A stretch of 64,000 bases of DNA from Sarea resinae (Eukaryota). The DNA is taken from positions 248,001-312,000 of the forward strand of contig JAPEUD010000012.1 in NCBI GenBank assembly GCA_026026165.1, read 5' to 3'. Shown here piece after piece: positions 11,980-24,083 of this stretch (the stretch's first letter is position 1; every line of letters starts with the position of its first letter). The position numbers and the translations under genes were made by a program. The notes beneath the pieces are model-generated. The model did no database searches. It saw only the letters and a program-made list of their open reading frames with translations, and was not told the origin of the DNA.

Positions 11980-13213
11980 TTAGAAGGGGGGCAGCCAGAA
12001 GGGATAGCCGCCGTTCTTCATGCGGAAGATGCTCATGAGGAAGCTGTACATGACGAGCATGATGGCGCCGTAGACGAAGACGGCGACTTGCTGTTTTTTC
12101 GGATCGGTCATGCGGGGCACCTTGAGGGCGAGCGCGATGGTCGCGAAGGAGAGGATGCCGTCTGTGAAGGGGGAACAGCATGTGAGTTTGGTGGTGCTCT
12201 CTTGTGGCAGGTGGGTTTCGGAGAGGAAAAAGGGGGGCTTTCGGGGAATATCTTACATATAGCTGCGAGAATCTGCGTCTCCATGCCGAACTGGTTGGAG
12301 AAGCCGCCGGCAAAGTAGCTGATGCCGCCCTTGCCGTCGCCGGCGATGTAGGGCACCTGTCTGATATGGTTGAACATCTGGCCGCTCGTGAAGAGCAGGA
12401 TGGCGATCAGGCTGCCGGCCGCCCAGAGGTTTCGGTTCTGGAGCACGGGGACCAGGTACGGCCACGCGACGCTGCATACACTGATCATGCCCAGCACGGC
12501 CGTCGTCACGGAGATGATGCGGATGTAGTTGACTGGGCGGACGACTGGTGGTCGGGGTCCGTCGGGGAGATGGCGGGATACCCACGAGTGGATCTGCTCG
12601 GCCGATTGACGGCTGTGGATGGAAGGACTATCGTTAGTGTCGTACGTGATAAAGGGACATGGATCGCCATCGCTCTCGTGGGCAACTCACCCAACGGCGA
12701 AATCAAATCTGATGGGTTGGCCATCGAGCTTGGCACCTGGGCCGGTCGTGGGTGGAAACAAGAGGATGACCGGGGCGGTCTGCAGCATCAACTATGGACG
12801 GACTCTAGGTCAGCGACGAGTCCTCGTGTTCGAATTGGCCTGGACTGCTTCGGTAGGAATACTTTTTGGAACGTGCCCCTCCCGTCGGTGAAGTCCAAGG
12901 TGCCAAAGAGCAATCTCGACTCCCCGCGCTTGTCGCCCTTGGTCCAGCTGCGGGCGAGCGTGTCCCATTCCGGCTGGAACTCTCGACAGAGCTGGCATCC
13001 GAAGCGGGCCTCGAGGGCGGTAAGCAAGACGGCGACGGAATAATCGCGCGGCGACGCGGTCAATTCGTCATATGCGATGTCGTCGAGCTTCAATGGGGAC
13101 GAGGAGAGGGAGCGGGCGTGGAAGTCCTGGAAGGCATCGCCGGTGGAGGGTTTCTTGGCCGCATAGGCGGCGATGGGGAGAAGACAAAGGGTGAGAGCTT
13201 GGAGGAGCTTCAT
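11980..13213 (-). CDS. OST3: Oligosaccharyltransferase OST3/OST6-family subunit
   Basis: Signal peptide MKLLQALTLCLL; thioredoxin-like CQLC motif; TSGQMFNHIR; FGMETQ; C-terminus FRMKNGGYPFWLPPF-stop. Confidence 0.92.
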
Positions 13214-13730
13214 GCTGCGGGCTATTTGACGGTTTCGAATGTGGACGACTGCTGCATCAGATCATAGATGGGGCCAGGGCAACGACCGATGCGATTCCAT
13301 CAATATAAACCGAAGCTGACTTTGAAATAGGGCAGAGCAGAGCAGGGGAGTATTGCAGACGGGCTGTTTGGGAGCTGATCGAGTCGAGTCGACGACTTGT
13401 CCTCAGCAGCAACAGCAGCAACCACCTACGGTCTACCGTAATAATCTGCTGGAGTGGAGGCTGTCGTAATCATGTATCTTTTGTGCTGTTCAACCTCACA
13501 AAAGATACTCTCTTTGCGTGAACGGCTTTCTTGTCCTTCCGTACCTGGCTCCCTCTCTCGTTTTGTTTACATTGCTCGCTTTCGTCGTTCCGTCGCGTGC
13601 GCAGTGCATCAACGCTGCTTGTGGCTTCCCTTCCCAACGTCCTCCGTGAATTGACACCATCAAGTATCAATTGGCCTCCACAAACTCTTGAGCCTCACAG
13701 CGACGCGCTCATCTACACCTTCGTATCTCC

Positions 13731-15521
13731 ATGGCTCCCACCAAGGAGGCTCCGGACAGTCTTGATGTTTCCGAGGTATGGCATTCCCCGCCCCGCTGCT
13801 GTCAGGTTGATGTGCCCATGCTAATCGGGAGCGTAAATAGCTTCGGCACGCGCTGCAGATCAAGACTCAGGAATTAGCTTCCGAGACCATTCTGCGAGAT
13901 GTCAAGATCATATGCGAACAGGAAGAAACGCGACGGATCCGAGTGCGCCTTCTGTTGCTTGAAGATGAGAATGATGACCTGCGTGACCAGCTGGCGCAAG
14001 ATGATGATCGCATAGACGAGCTAGAGAGATCTCTCGATGACTTGCGCGCCGAGCTGGACGAGAGAGAAGCAGACCTACAGCGCGCGCAGACTGATCTGAG
14101 AGCCAAGACCAGAGAATCTGATACTTTGAAGGTAGTCATATCATGCGCCTTTTTGGGGGCTCCAGACGCGTTGGCTAACCACGACATAGGCGGAGTTGGA
14201 AGCTCTGAACAGTGTTTCGGCGGATTCCACGAAGCTTTTGACCGAAAAGCTAGCGCTCGTCCGCGAACTGTCGAATCTGAAGCCTGAGCTTGATCATCTC
14301 CGTTCACAAGCAGCGTCGCATCAATCAGCCCTTTCTGAGAAGCTTGCGTTGCAGAGACAGCTGAGCACGCTACAGGTATCTCTGGAGGAAGAAAAGCGCG
14401 CGTCTCAACGCGTCTTGGCCAAGGAAGGTAAATCCAGCCAGGCAGATGCGAAAATCGAGGGGCAATTGGAGGAGCTGCGGAAGGAATTAGCCAAGGAGAA
14501 GCGTGAAAGGGAAAAGGCTGAAAGGGAGACAAAGAAGATCTCGAGTGAATGGGAGGGGAAGAAGGAGATTCTCGAAGGCAAACTTGAAGCGTTCCGGAAT
14601 AAGTTACGATCAACGAAGGATCAACTGAAGGAATCGCAGTCCGAATTACAAAAGGCGCAAGCTGCTGCTGTAACGCGAAATGCCCAACCTGCCGAAAGCG
14701 ACGAGCTGAGGAAGCCGACCAGGAACCCTCGCAAGCGTCCGATGGCCCAGATGGATACCGATGCCACGTTCGGCACTCCTGGTGGCGCGGTACTGGCTAC
14801 GAAGAGAGGCAGACGAGCTTCTGCTCAACCAGGGGACAAGTCCACCTTCTCTATCACTCCGTTCCTGAACCGCACCGCGAGCATTGCCCCCCAAAGCTCT
14901 CCTGAACCACAAAAAGACGAAGATGGAGATGCCGATGCCGAACGACCAGCTACCACTGTCGAGGACGAGAATGACAGGGCCGTTCATTCAAGGTCGCCAT
15001 CTGTCATGTCAGATACCCAGAGTCTTCCATTCACTAGAGTGTCCACCCAAAAGGGCAGACCTCTGAGTACTGCACGGTCTGGCAAGGGAAACGCAAGCAC
15101 GGCCCATCCCCGAAATCGAAGATTGCCTTCAATGCTCGAAAAGGTCACAGAGGAAGACAACGAGGAGAATGTTCCTCCAGCACTTGAGAGCAACCCTACA
15201 GCGGCAGTGCCAGCCACCAAAGCTAAGAAGCCCCCACTAAGCTTCGCAAGTATCCTTGCAGAAGATGTTGAGCCAAAGAAAAAGAAACGCAAGCTGCTCA
15301 GTGCCGGGCCGATAAAAACATTGTTTGACGACGATGATGCGGAGGCTACGAAGACAGCCGCTGCGAAGAGCTTGTTCGGAGGGCCCAAGGGATTTGCGGC
15401 TTTAGGGAGAGGATTAGGCGGTCCGAAGGGGATTCGGAAGGGCGGTCTCGGCGCTGGAACTGGGGAATTAGCAATATTCTCACCACTGAAGAAGGATAAG
15501 CGCGCTGTGGCGGGGCCATGA
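13731..15521 (+). CDS. Uncharacterised coiled-coil protein with disordered, S/T-P-rich C-terminus
   Basis: MAPTKEAPDSLDVSE|intron|LRHALQIK..RVRLLLLEDENDDL..|intron| then ORF to 15521. Heptad-rich N-terminal half; KKKKRK NLS-like stretch. Confidence 0.78.
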
Positions 15522-16012
15522 GAGTGGAACAGGTCACTTGGGGAGGAGTACTCGGACTGGTGTGGACTACGGCGTTCGTGTATCGAAGGCGTAATTTGAG
15601 ACTTGGATGTTGTTCTGGTGAGAGAGGGGGCTCATTTCATATCGTTGTCCAAGATCTATCGCCCGCGACTGTGCTCTAATTCATGCTCCAGTCCATTGGC
15701 TGCCCTGTCTGTCGTCGCCAACACATATTGACCATGATAATAAAACTGAGGTAAAATGTGTTTGTAAATCTATATATGCCTTCCTGACCCTCAAATTGTA
15801 AATAATAGGGTGGAGTATCAAAGCAGTTGCACAAGTTGAAAGCATGGCAGAACATAGGCCGTCCTAAAGCTAGGGTTCTCGGACAGGCGATAAGACGATA
15901 AGGTTATAGAGATCTGGAGCTTTAGCGACATCGACTTGCATCAATTTCATTTCCTAGACACCCAAGCTACTATGATAACCAGACACCGATCGAGCACCTA
16001 GCATGTGCATTC

Positions 16013-17389
16013 ATGAGTCTTCCCTTTCCGCATATGCTCTCTATACGCGCTTTGCGATGCTTAGCCGATAGCCTTGTCTGCGCGCGGCCCGGAGCGGCTC
16101 CATTGCTGTACTGCGCGGGTCCTATTCATCGTGTGCTTGTCGCGACCAGCTCTGGCGCGCGCCCAGGGCCTCAAGCAAGATGCGCATCCTCATCATCGTC
16201 GTCTAGGAGGTGGCAGAATCGTCAGGGCAAGGATCGGTTTTCGAAGGAGGCAAAAGTACAAGGTCTCAAGAGTAGAGCGGCGTTCAAACTATTAGAGGTA
16301 ACGCCAGCCGTCGTCGCGTGCGGTCACTTGCGGGGCTTTTCCTGACGGGGAAGCAGATCAATGAGAAGCATAAGATATTCAAGAGGGGCCAGACGGTTGT
16401 GGACTTGGTATCAAGCCTTCTCTTTTTACTTGGAGTACGTGATCGCTTACAACGGGTCAGGGTTTTGCGCCGGGCTCGTGGTCTCAGGTCTGTTGTCACA
16501 TATTCTAGCTCCTACTTTATGTCTAGATGGCTCACTGTTGCCATTCATAGGTTGCGGTCGACCGGACTTCTCCAAATGGACGTGTTATAGGCATCGATAT
16601 TATCCCGGCTCAGCCACCAAAAGGGGTGTCGACGATTCAGGGCAATTTCCTTTCTCCGGCCATCCAGGCAGAGGTGAAGGATTTCCTACTCGATCCCGAT
16701 CGAGGGAGGCCTCGAGAGCAGCAATTTCTGTCCTCGGAGGACCACGTTGAATCCTTATCTGAAGAAGGGCTTGAAAGGAGGGAAAGAGACTATATAGATC
16801 TTGAACGGAGGGCAGACGTGTCAGACTTCTCTGATAGCAAGGACGAATCAACGCAAAGTCGCATCAGCAAAAGAGCAAAGGAGGAGATCGAGGGAAGAGT
16901 GGTAGATGTGGTCATCAGCGATATGTCCGCGCCCTGGGCTCAGACCACTGGATATGGGAAAAGGAGTCTAAGTAACCCGTATTATAGGATGATGAACACC
17001 AGCGGAATGTCCTTTCGGGATCACGCAGGCAGTATGGTATTGATCCGTTGTCCCTTTGGCTAGTCTTCAGCGACAGCTTAGTAACAGAGGATAATAGGAT
17101 CTATGTCTGGCCGCCCTTCAGTTCGGCTTCGACACGCTGCACACCGGAGGTCACTTTGTTTGCAAGTTCTATCAGGGCAATGAGGATAAGCTGCTTGAGA
17201 AACGGCTGAAGAAGCTTTTCCAATCGGTGCATCGGGACAAGCCGGAGTCTTCACGAAGTGTAAGTCAACTCGTCATTTCAGCAGTCTGTGATCTCGCTTC
17301 TCATCCGTGAGCAGGAGTCGAAGGAAGCCTACTTCGTGGCGCTGCGGAGAAAAGAAGGAGTGTCTCGAGAAGAAGTCTTCGGGGAGTGA
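16013..17389 (+). CDS. MRM2: FtsJ/RrmJ-family mitochondrial rRNA 2'-O-methyltransferase, multi-exon
   Basis: Basic presequence; KSRAAFKLLE; VVDL|GFAPGSWSQ; IQGNFL; SDMSAP; FVCKFYQG; KPESSR. Ends EEVFGE-TGA. Start codon uncertain. Confidence 0.88.
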
Positions 17390-18109
17390 TGACTGTCTGT
17401 GGATAGTCTGTATGATAGCTCGTAAAATAGCCCTCGAAATTGGCATGATTTGATTCGAGGGGGGAATTTCGAGCTAGTTGCTGTGCTTTGTTCTCTTTTC
17501 TCATATCATGACAGATCATAGCAGTATCGACTTGCATATCTGCACTTTCACTACCTCGTACTCTACCAGACCCTGGGCGTACCAAGGCCGGTCCAGAGAC
17601 GGCCAAGGACGGCTCAAGGCTTCTGTGGTTTTTCCAGAAGACGGCATGAGTGGGCGTGCCGCGGTCGAGGGCGTTCCTGGTCGACGCAGTACGGGTAGGC
17701 AAGGTACCTCCGAAATACTACTCTGACTACTCTGTTGTGTGGCGGCCTGACGATGCAAATTTATTTCTTTTCGCGGGTGAACGTGACCGCCCCAGAAAGC
17801 TTGAATGTCTTGGACACGCGGCTGCGATGCGCGCCCATGCTTCTGCGTCTTCTAGCCGATTGCCCGAATAGGCAGCTGGTCGAGGCAACCTAGGTTCCTT
17901 CGTGTCTTTCTGTCCGATCCTTCTCCTCGTTCGTTTCTTCCCTGCCTGCATCTTCTTCCCCTTCTGCCTCTTCGGCGAATGCCAGCGGGTGCCGGCGAGT
18001 CACTCCACTCCAAAGCGCGGGCGGCTAGTACTCTAGAGTACTGGTGGTGGCAGTACTACTGTAGTACTACTGTAGTACTGAAGTATGTAGTACTCTCCTC
18101 GACGACCGC

Positions 18110-18143
18110 GCGGACCGTGGACCGTGGACCGTGGACTGTGGAC
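18110..18143. repeat. (GGACCGT)n 7-bp tandem repeat
   Basis: cggaccgtggaccgtggaccgtggactgtggac. Confidence 0.85.
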
Positions 18144-18577
18144 GGTCGGGTGACAACCTCACCGCAGTCATAGCCGTCCGTCATGGAAAAGGCCCCCGGA
18201 GTCGCGAAAAGGCCAAAAGGTCATGTTGCCCTGCATTTAGCACCGAATTGTTGCGCGATTTCGCTTAGGAACGGCACTTTGCCGACTACTATGTAGAAGC
18301 AGAAGCAGAAGCAGAGTAGCAGTACGGCGTGGACCAGGCCTCGCCACACCCACATGGTCGTACCCGCTACTTGCGCAGTTACTTGCGCAGCGACTTGGCC
18401 CCGATCTAAGATGCCTCCCTACCTCCAGGTACCTTACTCATAGTGTGGTAGCGACGTCCGACCAGCCCAGAGCCTGCAACCGCTCCAATCTCGAACTACT
18501 GAAATTTTCAGAGAGACCCCACCGCCGTGCCATGATCACTGGTCCGGCCACGAGGGATCCATTGCACACATTCGGAC

Positions 18578-18584
18578 TGAGTCA
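18578..18584 (+). promoter_or_regulatory. Putative Gcn4/CpcA element upstream of the amino-acid permease
   Basis: Perfect TGAGTCA ~450 bp upstream of ATG 19028. Confidence 0.45.
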
Positions 18585-19027
18585 CGGAACAGGAGCACGG
18601 TGTGCAGCACAAATTGCATTCTGTAGATATGGCTGGGGAAATAATAAAACCTGCTCGGCCCGCGCGGGCAGAGAGCTCGCACCTGTCCATCTGGCAGCAT
18701 CATCAATCCGTCTCAATTGCGCGCAAAAGACCCATGCGACTTCCTCCTCGGATTCTGTTATGTCATAGACACCCACCTCTCTAGTCTCCTCAGCATCTTT
18801 GGTCCGACGCCCGTTCAAATACCCTCCCTTCGCCTGCTACTCCATCTGCCCCTCTTCCCTCTGCCATTGAACCACGAAAGACCCGTCACGAATCTTTGCC
18901 ATTGCAACACTTCTCCCTGGACGCCCCATTTCGAAGCCCCGAGCCGCTCAAGGCCGCACTGCGGGCTATCACGTTGACTACAGGCACAACACTCTCCTTC
19001 CCGTGAGCTGTGAGCTCGGCCGTCAGC

Positions 19028-20739
19028 ATGGGGGGACCAGAAGACTTTATCACCATCCAGAAGGATACGGAGAAGGCCGACCCAATTGCAGTCTCGTTTG
19101 ACTCTGCCCAGTCTCCTGGCAGCGAAGATGCCGAGAAGAATGGAGCGGCACCCCAAGAGCTTCAGAGGAAGCTGAAAAGCCGTCATCTGCAGATGATTGC
19201 CATCGGTAAGCCGGCAGCAGCCAGTTCTCAGGCTTTTCGACGGAACCAATTGCTGATTCCTGAAAAGGCGGAACCATTGGAACAGGCCTTTTCATCGGAA
19301 GCGGGGGTGCACTCTCCAAGTCCGGACCGGCCGGCGCGCTCATTGCCTATCTCTTCGTCGGCACCGTCGTCTACACCGTGATGACTTCGCTGGGAGAGAT
19401 GGCGACCTATATACCAATTGCAGGAGCATTCACGTCGTACGCGACACGGCTGATCGATCCCAGTCTCGGATTCGCCATGGGGTGGCTCTATTGGTTCTCA
19501 TGGTCGATCACGTACGCTTTGGAGCTCACTGCCACGGGACTCATCATTCAATACTGGGACAAGTCCATCTCAATTGGCATCTTCATCGCCGTTTTCTGGG
19601 TTGCCATCACGCTGATTAATTTCCTCCCCGTCGGCTTCTACGGCGAGTTCGAGTTTTGGTTTTCCATGATCAAAGTCCTGACCGTGCTCGGTTTCATGAT
19701 CTTCGCCATCTGCATCGACGCCGGCGCAGGCAAGCACGGATACCTCGGTTTCCACACCTGGGGCAATCCCGGCGCTTTCGCCCCTTATCTGATCAAGGAC
19801 AACGAGGCTCTGGCCAAATTCGTCGGTTTCTGGGCGGTGCTCATCCAGGCCGGTTTCTCCTACCAGGGAACAGAACTCGTCGGCATCGCAGCGGGAGAGG
19901 CCGAAAATCCCCGTAAAACCGTACCTGCAGCCATCAAGAAGACTTTCTACCGAATCCTGCTCTTCTTCGTGCTCTCCATCTTCTTTATCGGGCTGCTCGT
20001 ACCGTACGACAATCCCGACCTCCTCTCCGGCGCCTCTAACGCGTCGGCTTCTCCCTTTGTCATCGGCGCCAAACTCGCAGGCGTCAAAGTCCTGCCCGGC
20101 TTCATCAATGCCATTCTACTGTTCGTCGTCCTCTCCGCCGCAAATTCCAACGTCTACTCGGGCAGTCGCGTGCTTGTTGGTCTCGCCAACGACGGCTACG
20201 CCCCGGCCTTCTTCAAGCGCACCTCCAAGGGCGGCGTGCCTTACTACGGCGTCGCCGTCACCGCGGCCATTGGCCTGCTCGGCTTCCTGAATTGTAGCAA
20301 CAGCGGCGGCACGGTGTTCAACTGGCTGATGAACATCACGGCGGTGGCGGGCTTCATCACGTGGTCGTGCATTACGGGATGTCACATCTGTTTTATGCGG
20401 GCAATGAAAGCGCAGAACATCCCGCGCGACAACCTACCGTACAAGACGATGCTGCAGCCATATTCCGCGTGGTACGGCCTCTTCTTCTGCATTCTGATCA
20501 TCATCACCCAAGGTTTCACGGCATTTATTCCTTGGTCTACCAGCGAGTTCTTCGCCGCCTACATCAGTGTCATCATCTTTGTCGCGCTGTATCTGGGCCA
20601 CAAGATTGTCTATCGCAGACCCTTTGTCAAGGCCGCCGAAGCCGATCTGTTTACGGGACGCTTGGAGGAAGAGACCCAGGTTTGGGCCACGACCGTGCCT
20701 ACGACCATGTTGGGAAGGATGTGGGAGACCATCATGTAG
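19028..20739 (+). CDS. Amino acid permease (APC/YAT family)
   Basis: LKSRHLQMIAIG|GTIGTGLFIG; SLGEMAT; YGEFEFWF; FSYQGTELVGIAAGEAENP; ASPFVI. One intron near 19206-19267. Confidence 0.94.
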
Positions 20740-21846
20740 GAACTTGTCTCCCTCGAGCAAGTCACGATGAGCAGCATGCATGCATGGGCGCGAGCGAGCG
20801 AGTGAGCGACAAAGCACAGGAGTTTTCGTCTTGTTATCAGGAAAAAAGGGGGATTTGGGGGGAGAAAACAGGGGAATACTGGTTAACGGTCTACCATGGG
20901 TCTTATGTGCTCTAATATTCCTCGGTTATCGCCTCTGGGCCGGTCTCCATCTCTTACGCCCGACTTCACGCCTGGCTGTTCCTCTTTATCTTCATCTCTC
21001 CATCCTTTCGGCAGAGAAGCAGGTACAACCATAACCCCTACGTCTGCTCAAACGCCTCCCTAAGTCACCAAACCAAACTCTCGAAAGCCCCCCCATCCAC
21101 ATCGAACAGCTGAAATGGAGGCCCCAAAGAGGGTTTGAAGAAGCCGAAAAGGCAGCAAAAAGAAATGATGGTCATGAAGATAAGAGGCGTATACCATGTT
21201 TTGTTCTCCTATCTCCGCATTTCTCTATCTTTTCTTTTTTGGGATCTTTGATCTTCGCATGCATAGGACGGCGTTTCTCGTTTTCAAGCTAGTGAGCGAC
21301 TGCAGGGTGGATTTTGTTCATCTATGTTCAAACTTTTTTTAATCTATAGATGATAGATTTCAATTGATTCAAGAAGATTATCAGTGCTCCATACGAAAGA
21401 ATAGTGATGTCAGGAAGATGAGTGAAATGATTTGTTTGTAGGAGATCTCTTTACCTTTTGGTTAGCCAAGTATTAATCATTACTGGGTTTTCGGGATCTT
21501 ATTCCCGCCCGGGCTCCTTTCTCTCTATATTCGTGTTGTCGCTTCTGTTGTGATTACGGTGTATCACTTGCTCCTTTTGAGCGTGCATGTGTATGAGCAT
21601 AAGCACTTTGGCACGGAGTACGAATACATAGCCGTTTGAAGGCCTCGTAGGGCTGATTCTCGCTTGAGATGACATCGACTTGCCCGGGTCCATGAATAAT
21701 CCCGGAGCGAGTACTCCGTAGTGAACGACGTATACGAATCCAACAAGCACAGTGGCCGACCCAAAGACAGTCATTACCAATGAATCTCGTGAACTCATAA
21801 GATCAATTCATGCTATGGGCATCATACAGCTCGTCCCGATCTTCTC

Positions 21847-23819
21847 ATGAAAAAGTCCCCCTCATCACCGCCACCAGCGGCGAATCGTGGTGACAAAGAA
21901 TCACTGCTCTCGCGGTCCGCCCAGGGCGTGAGCTTCCTGATCCTCCTCCAGATCGGCTCGCGCGCCCTCACGTTCGTGGTCAACCAGATCCTGCTGCGCT
22001 ATCTGTCTCCCGAACTGCTGGGCATCTCGACACAGCTGGAGCTGTACTCGATCTCGGTGCTCTACTTCTCGCGGGAATGTCTGCGGGTCGCGCTCCAGAG
22101 GGTGCCAGACTCGAGTGACGGTCGGTCGACGAGCGAGCATGATGGTGGAAAGGCCGTCGACGGAGGAGTGGCAGCTCGATCTCGTCCGCGTGGCCTGGAA
22201 GGCGACGTCGATGCGGATACGCCCTCTGGCAAGCTGCAGGCAACGGTGAATACATCATATATCGCGATTGTGCTAGGCGTGCCTCTGGCCTATGTTCTAG
22301 GGCACCTCTACCTGAGGTCAAGCATTCCAAGTGTGCCGTTCCTCAAAGAATCCCTGGTCATTTACGGCACCGCGGCCGTGGTGGAGCTCTTCACCGAGCC
22401 AGGATTTATCGTCACGCAGACCAACATGCTGTATAAGGTGCGGGCCTCTGCCGAAGCCACAGCCACCACGGCACGATGTCTGATTGCGTGTGGCTCTGCC
22501 ATTGGGGCCAGCATGGCGAACAAGGACGCCGGTGTTCTACCGTTCGCTCTAGGCCAGATGGGCTACTCGTTGGTGTTGTTCATAGTATATTACTGGAAAT
22601 TGAATCAAATCACTGAGCTGTCAGGACTATCTTTCTTGCCCAAGCGTCTGTTCTCCAGGTATGTTGTTACCTTTGTCTACACCGACACGTCATTGACTTT
22701 CACTGACGGCCTTCATCGTAGAAGAGACCAAAGCCAGTACATATTTTCCTATCTCTCGCGGCCGCTGTGCGCCCTCGGCGTCAGCCTATACGTGCAATCG
22801 GCCGTCAAGTACGTGCTCACGCAAGGCGACTCCTTCATCGTAGCCGCATACACCAGCCTGCAAGACCAGGGCGCATACGCCCTAGCCTCGAATTACGGGG
22901 GCCTGATAGCGCGCATGGTCTTCCAGCCCGTGGAAGAGAGCAGCCGGAACCTCTTCGCGAAACTACTGGCGCCGCCGTCCTCGGACGACGAGAAACGGAA
23001 GAAGGACGACGACGAGGCCGCCGCGCAAGGGCTGCACTCAGCGCGCAACATCCTCCACTCCATCCTGAAACTCTACCTGCTCCTCTCGACGTGTGCATGC
23101 GCGCTAGGCCCGACCATGGCGCCGCAGCTGCTCCGGCTCGTCGCCGGCTCGCGCTGGGCCGACACCAGCGCCGCGCGCGTCCTGGCCACGTACTGCTACT
23201 ACATCCCCTTGCTGGCATTGAACGGGATCACGGAGGCGTTCGTGGCGGCGGCGGCCAGCAGCGCGGACCTGCACGGCCAGTCGGGCTGGATGCTGGCCTT
23301 CTTCGGCGCCTTCGCCGCCGCCGCCTACGCCTTCCTGCACGTGCTCGCCTGGGGCGCCGAGGGCCTCGTCTATGCCAACGCCGTCAACATGGCCCTGCGC
23401 ATCGCGTGGAGCTGGCATTTCGTCGGCCGCTATCTGCGCCGCCGTGGCGCCGCGGCGCTCGAGATCCGCGACGTCGTGCCCCGGCTCGGGACCGTGTCCG
23501 CGGGGCTCGGCGTCGCTGTTGTTCTGAGAGCGTTTCAGAGCACGGCTCGGGGTCAGATGGCTGAGCTGGTCGGCACCTCGTTGCTGGCGGTGCCTTTTGT
23601 GCTTTTGCTGCAAGTCTCTCTCTCTCCCCCCACAGTTGAAAACATCAGGATCATCCTCGTTACCACATCTCCCCTTCGATCTACCTACCTACCTACCTAC
23701 CTACCAGCTGAGCCCACGCTGACCAAACTTCCAGTATCTTCTTTGAGCGAGAATTTCTGATGCATTGCTACTCGATGCTACGCCCACGCCCACGCTCGAC
23801 GGCAGCAGCAGCAAAATAA
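21847..23819 (+). CDS. RFT1: Oligosaccharide translocation protein Rft1
   Basis: SRALTFVVNQ; LYFSRECLR; KYVLTQGD; QGAYALASNYGGLIARMVFQPVEE; NGITEAF. In-frame intron 22659-22721. Likely GC-AG intron 23610-23734, giving IFFEREFL..AAAK-stop. Confidence 0.92.
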
Positions 23820-24083
23820 GCTATTTGTTTTATAGTAGAATGATGAAAGGAATCGAAAATGAAAAATAGAAAAATGAAAAATGTATATACACTTGCACAT
23901 GCACCTCTTCCCCTTTTTCCCCTGGAAGGAAAAGCAATTGAGCTAGTCCTCTCTCTCCCTTCTCTCCCTCTCTCTCAGTCTGATCTAGATGCGATGAGAC
24001 GCGATGAGACGCGATGCGAAGATGCGATGCGATGCGCTACCCGTAATCGTGAATCTAACTTGAACACCGCCCAAAAAAAAAAC

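Noticed and set aside
21499..21798. 99-aa minus-strand ORF with hydrophobic N-terminus (Pet117-like at first glance)
   Set aside because: Starts only ~50 bp from the RFT1 ATG, lacks recognisable downstream motifs, and has no convincing splice model.
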